Under the pieces are notes generated by a model that saw nothing but the letters and a program-made list of their open reading frames with translations, did no database searches and was not told the origin of the DNA. This document shows positions 48,954-59,175 of a stretch of 64,000 nucleotides of DNA, in pieces (within the stretch, counting starts at the first letter, position 1; every line of letters begins with the position of its first letter). Position numbers and translations under genes: made by a program. The stretch is from a virus (lineage: Duplodnaviria > Heunggongvirae > Uroviricota > Caudoviricetes): IMG/VR virus record IMGVR_UViG_3300045988_157791; one strand, given 5' to 3'.

Positions 48954-50859
48954 AGCTGCGCCCCTCTTTAACTTCCAGCGTAATAGTTTCCCGGAACCAT
49001 GACTTCATCTCTTTATGGGAGATAATCAGCACAGTACCTCGCTCGCGAGCTTTGGACTCCAGAATACCCATGAGGCGTTCAAGACCGGCTGTATCGAGTG
49101 CATCGTCAATTTCGTCGCCGATAAACAAATCGATGTTTTTACTCGCCCGGTTACTAACCAGATCCTGCAATGCCAAAGAACACGCAATGCGAACCTTCCG
49201 CTTCTCACCACCAGAGAGGGTCTGGAACGACTTACTTGAACCTTTCTTCTGCACACTAATGTTGAATTTGTCGCGATACTCACCTTTTTTAGTGACATCC
49301 ATCGTCGACCACTCAGCAGTAATATTCCCGTCAGACAACGTATTGAGATACTCGGCAGTGCGTGTATTCAGGAAAGGCGTAACAGACGTCAAAATATGAG
49401 AACGCACCCCGGCAGGAGAGTAGACCTGACGAGCTTTTTCCAATAGCAACGTTTGTTCCTGAATAGCCTTCAACTCATCTTTTAAGGACTTGAAGGTAGA
49501 CTTACTGGATACCAGGTTATCTTCGTGTCTGGCGATAAGAGCAATAAACGGATTAATCTCTTTTGATATACGATCGACCTCAGTACGAGCACGAGTCACA
49601 AGAGACTCAATAGCAACAACCTCCTTCTCACGATGACGCAAAGATGAGAGTTGTTTCGTAAGCTCTTCAATCCGGGCAATGATAGCCGTTACATCAGGTG
49701 TCGTTTTAACAAGGGCAGACTCAATGCTTAACGCTTTCTCAAGATTCGTTTTGTGTTTAGCCATTGCCTCTGCAAGTGTCTTCGCCTGACCAATTTCATG
49801 ACGTGCTTGTTCAATGAAACTCTCCTTCACCGTTGATAGATCTTCTTCGCAGTAGGCTTTGCCACAAGTAGGGCATGGTGATCCCACTTTAGTACCAACC
49901 TCTTCTGCTTTGGTCTTAAAATTACGCGCGCGGTTCATTGCATCAGCCTGACTATTTTCTGTAGCTTTGATGCTTGCCCGAATATCAGTTATCGCACCAC
50001 GAACTTTGAGCAACTTGGCGTCATGTTCTTCTTTTGAGGCTAACTTTTTGCGCTCACTTTCGATTGCCTTCTCGGTATCACGTATCTGTTCGGGAAGAGT
50101 GCGGATCTCAAGTTCAACTTCCGTTAACTCAACTTCGGCACTGGCCAGCCCAGCCAGGGCATCGTCATAACGTTTAGAACGCTCTTGCTCCCATGATTCA
50201 GAGGAGGCTTTCGCTGACTCAATTTCTGACTGTGTTGCCTCAATGGTCGAGATTGTCGACTCCAATTTGGTTTTAACCACATCCATACGTGCGGCAGCTG
50301 CATTAGCTCGCTCACGAGCAATAGCGTAGGCGCGTGTCAGTCTGTCAACGCCAGCGGCTTCTTCTACGATGGTTTTGAGGTTTTTGTCGGACATTCCAGG
50401 TAAATCTGGCATAGCTTCTTGGCTCGCATAGATGGAAGCCATGAAAACCTCTTTAGATGCACCGATCAGACGCTCGACGAACTCCTGCGTCAGCGCATCT
50501 TTGCCTTTCGTCATATCGCCATCTTCACCACGAACGATAAGACGATTTTTGAACTCTTTGTGTTTACGGTGACGAATGATTGCGTATCTCTTGCCTTCAT
50601 CCTCGATGGTTACTGCAACACGACAGTTCTTTTCATGGTCGGTAGACAACACATCGTCACCCTTCACACCATGAGCTGTTTCGCCATAAAGACACCACAT
50701 CAGGCTATTCATTAGAGTTGACTTTCCAGAGCCATTACTTGATGCGGAACTATCATCACTATTAACACCCTGAATAAGCACTAAACCACGCTGATCTAAC
50801 TCGACCTCCGCGCTGGCGATAGCCATAAAATTCTCAACCTGGAGCTTTAAAAACTTCAT
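48943..50859 (-). CDS. sbcC: SbcC/Rad50-like ATPase
   Basis: Walker A SNGSGKST, long coiled coil with CPTCGK zinc hook, C-terminal LSGGEKRK and DEIDDALD. Confidence 0.75.
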   Translation of the reverse strand: MKFLKLQVENFMAIASAEVELDQRGLVLIQGVNSDDSSASSNGSGKSTLMNSLMWCLYGETAHGVKGDDVLSTDHEKNCRVAVTIEDEGKRYAIIRHRKHKEFKNRLIVRGEDGDMTKGKDALTQEFVERLIGASKEVFMASIYASQEAMPDLPGMSDKNLKTIVEEAAGVDRLTRAYAIARERANAAAARMDVVKTKLESTISTIEATQSEIESAKASSESWEQERSKRYDDALAGLASAEVELTEVELEIRTLPEQIRDTEKAIESERKKLASKEEHDAKLLKVRGAITDIRASIKATENSQADAMNRARNFKTKAEEVGTKVGSPCPTCGKAYCEEDLSTVKESFIEQARHEIGQAKTLAEAMAKHKTNLEKALSIESALVKTTPDVTAIIARIEELTKQLSSLRHREKEVVAIESLVTRARTEVDRISKEINPFIALIARHEDNLVSSKSTFKSLKDELKAIQEQTLLLEKARQVYSPAGVRSHILTSVTPFLNTRTAEYLNTLSDGNITAEWSTMDVTKKGEYRDKFNISVQKKGSSKSFQTLSGGEKRKVRIACSLALQDLVSNRASKNIDLFIGDEIDDALDTAGLERLMGILESKARERGTVLIISHKEMKSWFRETITLEVKEGRSYVV

Positions 50860-51134
50860 ATAACACCTCTGATACCGTGTGTTAGCTTTTGGCCTTCTTT
50901 CAATCTGAACTCCGTATGCGCCGGGAAGGATCTGCGCCTCAATACGCCTTTTCTTGTTAACCTTCCAAGATAAAACGCTACGGGATTTCCTTGTGGCGGG
51001 TAGGGCTTGTGAAACATCACCGTCTGGCCTCGTTCAAGTCTTTTCATCGTGATGGCAAAGTCTCGAAAGCTCCCATAACGACTTTGCTTCACACAGCCTC
51101 CGAACTCTCCGCTTCGGTGAGGATTTCCTGACAC
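50856..51134 (-). CDS. hypothetical small basic ORF between sbcD and sbcC
   Basis: 92 aa, Arg/Gly-rich, fills an unusual 230 bp gap; possibly non-coding. Confidence 0.2.
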   Translation of the reverse strand: MSGNPHRSGEFGGCVKQSRYGSFRDFAITMKRLERGQTVMFHKPYPPQGNPVAFYLGRLTRKGVLRRRSFPAHTEFRLKEGQKLTHGIRGVI

Positions 51135-52174
51135 AAAATATCCAATTTGCTCAGATCAAATCCGCCGTCAGTATCGTGGACAATCTTGCAATAAGCAGAT
51201 ACCGACTCTCCCAGGCTATCGATTTTGCTGGTTTCAGTTGTGCTGGCTGTACCTTCCATCATTGATGACTTACGGATGAAGTTGCACACGACACCTTTTG
51301 CACCCATTGTTTTGAGGATGTTCTGGTACTTAATGCCTTCTTCATCGTTCTCAATTACGGCGCGGAAACGCACGTAGTTGCCGCGAATTTGGTCATCAGC
51401 AACATCATCTTCCAGGTTAATGAATTTAGGCGCACTGGTTTCGTAGTGACTGAAACTGCCGTCCGGGTTTACGATCATGTAGCCAGCCAGAGATCCAACA
51501 TCTCCCCAATTTTGATGAGTCAGTGCACCGACACTGATAACTCCAGGAATGACCTCTTTGTGGTTGTGGTAATGCCCACTAAGCACGAGACGAAAGCCGA
51601 TATCCTTTAACTCCTGCGCATCGATACCGACGTCAGGCATTGTTGGAATGGCTTTGTTAATGGATGTATGGATAACAACGTCATGATTATCACCTTCTAC
51701 GCTCTTACGTAATGCTTTCAGATCGCTGATAAGCTCCGCATGATTGTTACGCCAGCTAATCAGGTGGACAGTCACATCACCAATTTTTATTGAGTGTGGG
51801 CGCTTGCCACATACGATTACCACGCCGATAGAACTCAGCGATGCTGCTGCGTTGGCGCTATATACTGAATCGTTGGTTTCAAGATCGTGATTACCGGCCA
51901 GCATTACTACTGTCAGATCAAGCTCGTTGATAATCCACTTGTACGTTTCAGTTACGTAATGCAAAACAGAAGGGGACACAGTTCCTCGGACGTGAAATGT
52001 ATCACCGGCAACCAACATGTACTTACAACCGGCCTTCTTCATGGCGATGGCTGCTTCTTTCGTTGCTTCCAACTGTATTTCAAGTCTGGAGTTAAGCCCC
52101 TCAGCGTTCGTCGTGGAGAACGCATCCCATTTGTGGTAGTGGCAGTCAGAAATGACGCCGTATGGCAAAGTCAT
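51089..52174 (-). CDS. sbcD: SbcD/Mre11-like nuclease
   Basis: Calcineurin-like phosphoesterase motifs GDTFH, GNHD, GHYHNH. Confidence 0.75.
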   Translation of the reverse strand: MTLPYGVISDCHYHKWDAFSTTNAEGLNSRLEIQLEATKEAAIAMKKAGCKYMLVAGDTFHVRGTVSPSVLHYVTETYKWIINELDLTVVMLAGNHDLETNDSVYSANAAASLSSIGVVIVCGKRPHSIKIGDVTVHLISWRNNHAELISDLKALRKSVEGDNHDVVIHTSINKAIPTMPDVGIDAQELKDIGFRLVLSGHYHNHKEVIPGVISVGALTHQNWGDVGSLAGYMIVNPDGSFSHYETSAPKFINLEDDVADDQIRGNYVRFRAVIENDEEGIKYQNILKTMGAKGVVCNFIRKSSMMEGTASTTETSKIDSLGESVSAYCKIVHDTDGGFDLSKLDILCQEILTEAESSEAV

Positions 52175-52428
52175 GTGTTTTTCCTTTGTGGTTATTTTGA
52201 TACAAATTCTAAGAGCAATGAGGAGGTAAACAACTATGCATAACGGTATGTTAGGAATGAAACGAGCGCCTTAATATACAAAATTTATAAGTAAGTATAT
52301 ACCTATTTATCGTGGCGCAACTTTGCTTGTCTGTATGACTAAAAATAAGACAGGATCACTGTAGAACGCTATGAGAGCTATTTTGAGGGGGCGTAGATTC
52401 TATCTACGCCAATATACGATCTGGAGGG

Positions 52429-53073
52429 TTACAGCGCGTCAGTGGGCTTTTTACGCGCTGCATTTATGCTTATGACGCCAGCTTTAGGACGTGGATCGAC
52501 AAGGTTCAGTTCTTCTTCGCTATGGTATTCAAGGTCGAACTCACGTTTTACATGTCTGATGTAGATTGCAGTGAGCAGGCTATCTTTGGTCAGGAAGTGT
52601 CCGTAGGATTTGCGGATCACTTCTTCAACCTTCTCGATTTTCTCACCACCCATGCAGAGGTGATTAAACCGGCTGTGTTTCCGCAACATCTCGTCAACTG
52701 GGCCTGAGTAAACCTTGTCTACTTTCCCAAAACGAATGATTTTTCCTGTATCTGCGGATACAAGGCAAATCAGTTTGTCTGGTGATAAACGATCTCGCCA
52801 CGTTACTCCTGAACGGAGTGTGTTGAAGTAGGGCGCATCCAATCCGATGATCGGTTTACGAAATGCGAGCAATGGAACGTACCTGATACAACTATTCAAA
52901 TGAAAGTTCACACCAGCCTTATCAAGTTTAATTCTGGTTTCGTAGATCGGGCACTTCGCCGCTATACCGCAGATATCACAAAGTAACTTCTGCTTATTCA
53001 GGTTGGAATTTGATTCGATAGTGTAGGAGCCGTCCTCAAGACGACGAACCCAGCGCGTGCGTTTTAGATCCAT
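52429..53073 (-). CDS. hypothetical protein adjacent to replication origin
   Basis: 214 aa ORF. Confidence 0.35.
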   Translation of the reverse strand: MDLKRTRWVRRLEDGSYTIESNSNLNKQKLLCDICGIAAKCPIYETRIKLDKAGVNFHLNSCIRYVPLLAFRKPIIGLDAPYFNTLRSGVTWRDRLSPDKLICLVSADTGKIIRFGKVDKVYSGPVDEMLRKHSRFNHLCMGGEKIEKVEEVIRKSYGHFLTKDSLLTAIYIRHVKREFDLEYHSEEELNLVDPRPKAGVISINAARKKPTDAL

Positions 53074-53160
53074 AATCGTTTTTTCAGTAGTTATTGGCCG
53101 ATGCTACGATAACTCATTAGGCATACCTTAATCTGCATTTGCCTGTTTTACTTATCCCAG

Positions 53161-53810
53161 TTATCCACTGGATAGATCCAAATAAGAGATCCCAAGTAAG
53201 ATCAAATAGAAGATCCAAAGAGATCCCCGATCGCCTCTAGCCGTTGCGGTTACTGGTCTGAAAGGGTGTTGCCATCCACTATGGAGAGCAAAGAAACCTC
53301 TGTAGAGAGCTGAATAACCGCTATGAAGAGTAAAACAACCACTCTGGAGAGCTGTATATATCCACTGTAGAGAGTAGAGCACATTGTCTTTTATGGATAA
53401 CTTAATGACTTAATTCTTCATTAACATACTGATATACATAGATATATTTTAAACTCTACTCTTAGTCATGATTCTTATGTCCTTAAATATCCACAGAAGA
53501 GTAGAGTTACCTGTTCTTGAAATCCTCTGATTTTTATCCACAGGCCCGATCCAGTAATTCAGATCACAAAGAGAACCAAAGAGACCCATAAAGACCCAAT
53601 AAGATCCCCGCCCACCTCAAACCGTTGTGCCATCTGCCTTCAGACATGATCGATATCCACTATAGAGAGCGAATAATCCACTATAGGGAGCAAAGCAACC
53701 ACTATAGAGAGGAGAAAAACCACTATAGACGGTAGGATAACCGCTGTGATGAGTGCTACTATCCACTGTAATCAGCAAAGGCCACCAAAGCCGTCGAATA
53801 ACAAGAGACA
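53161..53810 (+). promoter_or_regulatory. plasmid-type replication origin: two GATC clusters, DnaA-box-like sites, two sets of 21-bp-phased iterons
   Basis: Six GATC in 53176-53232 and more at 53548-53651; TTATCCACA at 53534; iterons (A/T)NCCACT(A/G)T(A/G)GAGAG at 53275,53296,53317,53338,53360 and 53655,53676,53698,53719,53740,53761. Confidence 0.7.
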
Positions 53811-53816
53811 TTTGGA

Positions 53817-54872
53817 ATGAGCGAAAACGGCAATAAAAACATAGCGATCGTTGAAGCATTTTCAGAAACAGATAAAAAGACAGGCGAAGTTGTTACGTTG
53901 GTTCCTAACACTAATAACACTGTTCAGCCTGTTGCTTTGATGCGTCTGGGCCTCTTCGTTCCGACGCTGAAATCGACATCCAGAGGAAGAAAGGGGCAAA
54001 TGGTCTCTATGGATGCCTCTGCTGAACTCAAACAGCTGTCTCTGGCAAAAGCCGAAGGGTACGAAGACATAAGGATCTCTGGCCTTCGGCTTGATATGGA
54101 TAACGACTTTAAAACGTGGGTGGGAATAATCCACGCGTTTGCCAAACACAAGGTCGTTGGCGATACTGTCACGTTGCCGTTCGTTGAGTTTGTAAGGCTG
54201 TGTGGCATTCCGACCGCCAGGTCATCAGCGAAGTTACGCAAACGCCTGGACAGTTCGCTAAGCCGTATTGCCACAAATACCATCTCGTTCCGTAGCAAAG
54301 GCTCTGATGAGTTTTACGTAACGCATCTTGTGCAAACGGCAAAATATAGTGTCAAGCACGATACGGTCGAACTGAAAGCAGATCCCAAGATTTTCGAACT
54401 CTACCAGTTCGACAAAAAGGTTCTTCTGCAACTCCGGGCTATAAACGAACTCTCAAGAAAAGAATCCGCTCAGGCGCTTTATACTTTTATTGAAAGTTTG
54501 CCGCCTGATCCGGCACCAATATCACTAGCCCGTTTACGCGCCAGACTTAATCTGACAAGTCGCACTATTACTCAGAATGCGACGGTAAGAAAGGCTATGG
54601 AACAGCTGCGAGAGATAGGATATCTCGATTACACGGAAGTTAAGCGCGGAAACTCGGTCTACTTCGTCATCCACTATAGGCGGCCAAAGTTACGCCAGGC
54701 ACAAATATCAACAAAAATCGATAATGATGAGACGGAATATAGCCTCCCAGATGAGAATCAAGATGACATTATCGACGTTGTGCCTGACGAAAAAGAAGGC
54801 AAAATGGTCATGTTGAGTAAAGAAGAACTGGCGCTTCTCGAAGAGTTGCGCAAGGCAAAGACTCGCAAATAG
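53817..54872 (+). CDS. repA: iteron-binding replication initiator RepA (P1/RepFIB family)
   Basis: [54 protein letters not shown] closely parallel P1-type RepA as recalled; flanked by iterons. Confidence 0.7.
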   Translation: MSENGNKNIAIVEAFSETDKKTGEVVTLVPNTNNTVQPVALMRLGLFVPTLKSTSRGRKGQMVSMDASAELKQLSLAKAEGYEDIRISGLRLDMDNDFKTWVGIIHAFAKHKVVGDTVTLPFVEFVRLCGIPTARSSAKLRKRLDSSLSRIATNTISFRSKGSDEFYVTHLVQTAKYSVKHDTVELKADPKIFELYQFDKKVLLQLRAINELSRKESAQALYTFIESLPPDPAPISLARLRARLNLTSRTITQNATVRKAMEQLREIGYLDYTEVKRGNSVYFVIHYRRPKLRQAQISTKIDNDETEYSLPDENQDDIIDVVPDEKEGKMVMLSKEELALLEELRKAKTRK

Positions 54873-54873
54873 C

Positions 54874-55360
54874 CCAACCACTGTAGTTAGTAGTAAGGCT
54901 CACTATCCACTGTAGTGAGCCTTACTTATATCTGTAATTCGCTATCCACTATAGTGAGTATCGTTATCTGTTGATAACCACTGTAGGCAGTAGAATGCAA
55001 ATACTGAATTAAATGTTAGTGATCACTAACACTGATGAAACAAGGGCTGCGAGGTTAGTGGTCACTGGGTATCTTGGAAAATTTACTGTCTATAGTGGTT
55101 GTTGTCGCCCTCATCTTTGAGCGTATCCACTGTGGCGAGTGGATATCCACTGAAAACAGCAAAGGCTTACTCACCATAGTGGATACCCGCTGGACATCTC
55201 ACTCCAATACTCACCATAGTGGTTGTTTGATGCGAATGAAAGGCTGTCTACTCGCTACAGTGGTTAGCAGATATGTAGGAAGGTTTTGTTACTGACTACA
55301 GTGGATAATGAGCTGGATACGAATGCGGTGAGTAGTCTGCTCACCGCAGTGGTTGGTGCT
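54874..55360. repeat. downstream iteron array (incA-like), both orientations
   Basis: About 12 copies of CCACTGTAG / CCACTATAG or inverse CTATAGTGG / CTACAGTGG. Confidence 0.65.
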
Positions 55361-55361
55361 A

Positions 55362-55574
55362 TTAGTGTATTTTCTTCAACAGACCCCAAAGTGTTCCGGC
55401 TTTTGTAGTCAGTTTTCCTGTTTCTGGATCGTACATACGCCATTCACGCCGCTGGTGGACGATATACCCATCTTCACGTTCCAGACGCTCAAGAATGCCA
55501 GGCTGCTTGAAACCCTTAGCACGCCAGTAGCCGCTTGTTTTCTCGATTTCCAGACCTGCCAGTGTTAATGCCAT
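55362..55574 (-). CDS. small hypothetical protein
   Basis: 70 aa; start overlaps stop of upstream gene. Confidence 0.3.
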   Translation of the reverse strand: MALTLAGLEIEKTSGYWRAKGFKQPGILERLEREDGYIVHQRREWRMYDPETGKLTTKAGTLWGLLKKIH

Positions 55575-55909
55575 TATCCAACCTCCTTGCAGTCATCGAA
55601 AAGGTAGCTTTGCTGAGAAGCGTGAACGCCATAGAAGCCCTTGTATTTGTTGTATACGAAGTGGTCTTCTCCGACGCCGGTTAATTTGCCATTACGATTT
55701 GTGAGATATGGGGATGACAACACTCGATCGTCACGCACAACATAGAACTGGTCGCCGCTGTCTACGACCATCGCTCCATATGGTGCTTTTATGACGTCGG
55801 TAAGAGCGCCATTCTTAACGTCGGCTACAGACATTTCACACTGATAAACAGTGGTGTCGGCCACAACGATCGAAGAAAGGAACAACAGCGCGAATAGGAT
55901 GGCCTTCAT
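55574..55909 (-). CDS. small secreted protein
   Basis: N-terminal signal peptide MKAILFALLFLSSIVVA; 111 aa. Confidence 0.4.
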   Translation of the reverse strand: MKAILFALLFLSSIVVADTTVYQCEMSVADVKNGALTDVIKAPYGAMVVDSGDQFYVVRDDRVLSSPYLTNRNGKLTGVGEDHFVYNKYKGFYGVHASQQSYLFDDCKEVG

Positions 55910-56085
55910 GCTGCCACCTCTTTGATTACATCAAATGCTGAATTAAATACGAGCACGATAGCCAAAGCGTTTATGACTACGTCGTGCACCGGGGAAAAGA
56001 CTTTACGAATGACACCAGTGAAAATGCAGTCGATGACAAAAGCTATTGAAACGATGAGTAACAAGTATTCAATAAAAATCTTCAT
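55906..56085 (-). CDS. small membrane peptide (59 aa)
   Basis: MKIFIEYLLLIVSIAFVIDCIFTGV...; stop overlaps next start (ATGA); below ORF-track cut-off. Confidence 0.3.
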   Translation of the reverse strand: MKIFIEYLLLIVSIAFVIDCIFTGVIRKVFSPVHDVVINALAIVLVFNSAFDVIKEVAA

Positions 56086-56124
56086 GATAGGTAGATACTA
56101 ACTTATATAAATTTTACTGTAAAC

Positions 56125-56400
56125 TCACTCAAAAGTGCTGATGCTTAAAATACGCTCAAGATGTTCGGCATCTTCATCACTGATTTGTTGAGTCTCTTCT
56201 ACGTACCAACAGTTGCCGTTATGCCAACAAACACCATCATCATCAACCATCACTGAATCAGCGTCATGACCTGTATATTCAACGAGAATACGCTGGATCA
56301 GCGCGTCAGTTTCTTCGTCGTTAAGGCCATCGGCTTTGACCATAAAAAGCGGAAACACGTCATAGACAGTGCTGGTAACGATTCGAACTAAAACTCTCAT
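56125..56400 (-). CDS. hypothetical acidic protein
   Basis: 91 aa; start context GGAAAAACACATG. Confidence 0.35.
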   Translation of the reverse strand: MRVLVRIVTSTVYDVFPLFMVKADGLNDEETDALIQRILVEYTGHDADSVMVDDDGVCWHNGNCWYVEETQQISDEDAEHLERILSISTFE

Positions 56401-56455
56401 GTGTTTTTCCTTTTGTGGTTAGTGTTTACTTATTTTGTTAGTTATGAATAGGCGA

Positions 56456-56881
56456 TCAATCTTCTTGTTTAGGGAAAAACTGTTCAATAACTCTGTCAAC
56501 GGCTGTGTCTATATGGAGTAGATGCCACACAACCATATCTTTGCTTCCCATGCCTTGTGTGAATATCACGTCATACTTACGCCATGCGCAGTGGAACCAA
56601 TATGCTGAGTCATCAATTGGTAAATCCTCTCCCGCCTCTTTGAAGTATTTCAGCAGCATTGCCTGCTCTGCCGTTGGCGTTGGACCTATTTCCTGAGCGT
56701 ACATACGGATGAATCGCTGCCAGTCTGTCTCGTCGGGGGTTGGATCTGGTGGGGTCATTTCTGCGATAGCGTTTCGTAGCTGATGCGCCCAATCAGGTTC
56801 AGGAAAGCCTTTTGCTACTTCATCATCAATAACATCCAGAGCCACGTTTGCGGCATCGTAGAGTTTCTTAATAGCTGTCAT
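56456..56881 (-). CDS. hypothetical protein
   Basis: 141 aa; upstream conserved block. Confidence 0.35.
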   Translation of the reverse strand: MTAIKKLYDAANVALDVIDDEVAKGFPEPDWAHQLRNAIAEMTPPDPTPDETDWQRFIRMYAQEIGPTPTAEQAMLLKYFKEAGEDLPIDDSAYWFHCAWRKYDVIFTQGMGSKDMVVWHLLHIDTAVDRVIEQFFPKQED

Positions 56882-56972
56882 GTTTTCTTATCCTTTTAAA
56901 CAAATTGTTTTCTTAATAAGATAATTGCGATAAAAAAGGCGTCCAACTGGACGCCTGAACTTTTTAGGGGAG

Positions 56973-57803
56973 TTATTTCACTGTAATGAAAGGAGTGTTA
57001 GCCCCTTGAGTCATGTACTGCGGTAACTGGCCATTCCATTTATTGATGGCTTCCAGTTCCATAACGTTCGGGTTTTGACGCAGAGCTTCACCGCGCAGAC
57101 GAATGGCGTCTGCTTCTGCTTGCGCACGAGCACGGATAGCATCAGCTTCACCATTAGCCTGTTCACGTAGCATATTCGCCTCAGCTTTACGTTGTTCAAC
57201 TTCCTGCTGACGTTGCAGAGTACGCTGGTTAGCCGTTACTTTGGCGTTAATAGATTCAATGACAGTTTTTGGGTAATCAGGCTTTCCAACCCATGACAGG
57301 CTCAGTACCTCAATACCAACCGGAGACATCTCTTTCTGAATATCTTTCAGTGCGTTGTCCAGCAATTGTGCCTTACCACCGTCGATAAATGAGTCAGTGG
57401 TCATACGGCTGGCCAAACGGTTTAGAGAGTCGGCAATTTTCTGACGCAGATCTGATTCGGTGATATCGTCTACGCCTTTGCGATAGGTCTGGAACACCGT
57501 CGTTACCTTGTCACGATTAACCAGATACGCAACGCCAATTTTGTGACCAATAGCAGTACCGTCACTCATCTGGAATGTGAACGGCTCGTCGTAGGTCTTC
57601 ATTTGTTTGAAGGTCGGGAATACGTAAAGTTCGGTGTTAAGACCTGTCCATTGGCGACCAACGCCAACCACTTCACCAATCCCTTTGTCTTCACCTAATT
57701 TGTTTACTTTGATGCCAACGTATCCAGGCTCCACGCGATCACAGCCAGTAAGACCCATTGTGCAAATAGCCGCCAGAGCAACTGCAAGTAAACCTTTCTT
57801 CAT
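56973..57803 (-). CDS. SPFH/band-7 domain lipoprotein
   Basis: Lipobox MGLTG-C, SPFH-like core, C-terminal coiled coil (QRQQEVEQRKAEANMLREQANGEADAIRARAQAEADAIR). Confidence 0.55.
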   Translation of the reverse strand: MKKGLLAVALAAICTMGLTGCDRVEPGYVGIKVNKLGEDKGIGEVVGVGRQWTGLNTELYVFPTFKQMKTYDEPFTFQMSDGTAIGHKIGVAYLVNRDKVTTVFQTYRKGVDDITESDLRQKIADSLNRLASRMTTDSFIDGGKAQLLDNALKDIQKEMSPVGIEVLSLSWVGKPDYPKTVIESINAKVTANQRTLQRQQEVEQRKAEANMLREQANGEADAIRARAQAEADAIRLRGEALRQNPNVMELEAINKWNGQLPQYMTQGANTPFITVK

Positions 57804-57806
57804 TAC

Positions 57807-58007
57807 TTATTTCCCCTTTGCTTTGATTAATGAGTTGATAAACTTACGACCAGCAATAAGACCGATTACAGGAGCACCAAAACCAACGATAACTCCAAAC
57901 ATGACGGCTAAATCACTCTTGGTAGAAATCAGCGACGGAACCAGTAAACCGTAGATGAGAGCCACTGAAAGGCCTGTGGCTACTGCCAATAGATAGATTT
58001 TGATCAT
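57807..58007 (-). CDS. small two-helix membrane protein upstream of SPFH gene
   Basis: 66 aa, two hydrophobic helices. Confidence 0.4.
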   Translation of the reverse strand: MIKIYLLAVATGLSVALIYGLLVPSLISTKSDLAVMFGVIVGFGAPVIGLIAGRKFINSLIKAKGK

Positions 58008-58099
58008 GTGTTTTCCTATGTGGTTGTTATGCGAAAATAATAAGTAAGTACTTATATATTTTCAAGAGATAAACAAGGCGTCCTGTGGACGCCTTGTGT

Positions 58100-59173
58100 T
58101 TACTCTTCTACTGACTCGGTGGGGTTGTCTTTTGCTCTTCGGTCGTCGATTGCCTGCAAAGCCGCAATGATTTCAGCCAGTGGCTTCTCCCGATACATCT
58201 CAACGATCTGCGATTTGGTGTATTTCTTGTCACCAATTTCAACTCGCCCGCTGGCGTTCTTTGGCAGGTATCCTTCTTCCAGCATGTACTCGACGAGCGA
58301 TTCGATAACGTCGAGGCCACGAGTAGGATCGAAGTAGAATTTCCAGGTGCATTTGCCATACGGTGGTGCAACTTTGTTTTTGATGCATTCTGCGCCTACG
58401 TCCTGGCCGATCTTCTCTTTACCATCCTTCATCACCGATGCACCAAGACGGATACGTACAGAAGCGTAGAACTTCGGTGAATCTCCACCTGGCGACGTAG
58501 TAGGGTCGCCAAACATTACACCGATTTTTGTGCGAACCTGATTCAAGAAGATGATGCAGGCGTTGTATTTGCGTGCCCACAAAGCCAGAGTAGGGAAGTT
58601 CGCACTCGTCGCACGAGCCAGTGCCGTATTGTCGTTCATGTTTAGCTGATCTTTGTCTTTGGCAGTGCCTTCAGCCATCTTTTCGAACTTCTCGGCTTTG
58701 GAGTTCGGAACCATAGACGCAAGAGAGTCAGCCACGATACAGATAGGTGCTGATTCGGGGATAAGCTCTTCATCACGAACCAATTTAAGTATTGTGCCGA
58801 TCAACTCTACAGAGTCTTCGAAGGTATCTGGCTGCTTGTATACCCACTGACCGTCATCCTCATCTGCGTTCAGGCCATTGGCTACAGCCAGGCCAACGTC
58901 AAAACTGTTTTCATGATCGAGGAATACCGCCAGACCATCTTGTTTTTGAGCGGAGATCATCGCTGCTGTTGCAAGGAACGTTTTCCCTGCACTTGGAGGA
59001 CCGAATACTTCGACGATACGACCACATGGGAAGCCGCCATCGTAACGACCAGAAATAGCTTTGTTTAACGGTGGAAAGCCTGTATCAATCCAATGAGTTA
59101 CTTTCTGAATTTCGTCGTTGCTACCGATTTTCTTTTTCAGAGCAAGTGCCAGTGCGGATTTTCCTTTTGCCAT
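58100..59173 (-). CDS. RecA-family recombinase
   Basis: Walker A GPPSAGKT; IFLNQVRTKIGVMFGDPTTSPGGDSPKFYASVRIRL parallels RecA [36 protein letters not shown]. Confidence 0.7.
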   Translation of the reverse strand: MAKGKSALALALKKKIGSNDEIQKVTHWIDTGFPPLNKAISGRYDGGFPCGRIVEVFGPPSAGKTFLATAAMISAQKQDGLAVFLDHENSFDVGLAVANGLNADEDDGQWVYKQPDTFEDSVELIGTILKLVRDEELIPESAPICIVADSLASMVPNSKAEKFEKMAEGTAKDKDQLNMNDNTALARATSANFPTLALWARKYNACIIFLNQVRTKIGVMFGDPTTSPGGDSPKFYASVRIRLGASVMKDGKEKIGQDVGAECIKNKVAPPYGKCTWKFYFDPTRGLDVIESLVEYMLEEGYLPKNASGRVEIGDKKYTKSQIVEMYREKPLAEIIAALQAIDDRRAKDNPTESVEE

Positions 59174-59175
59174 GA

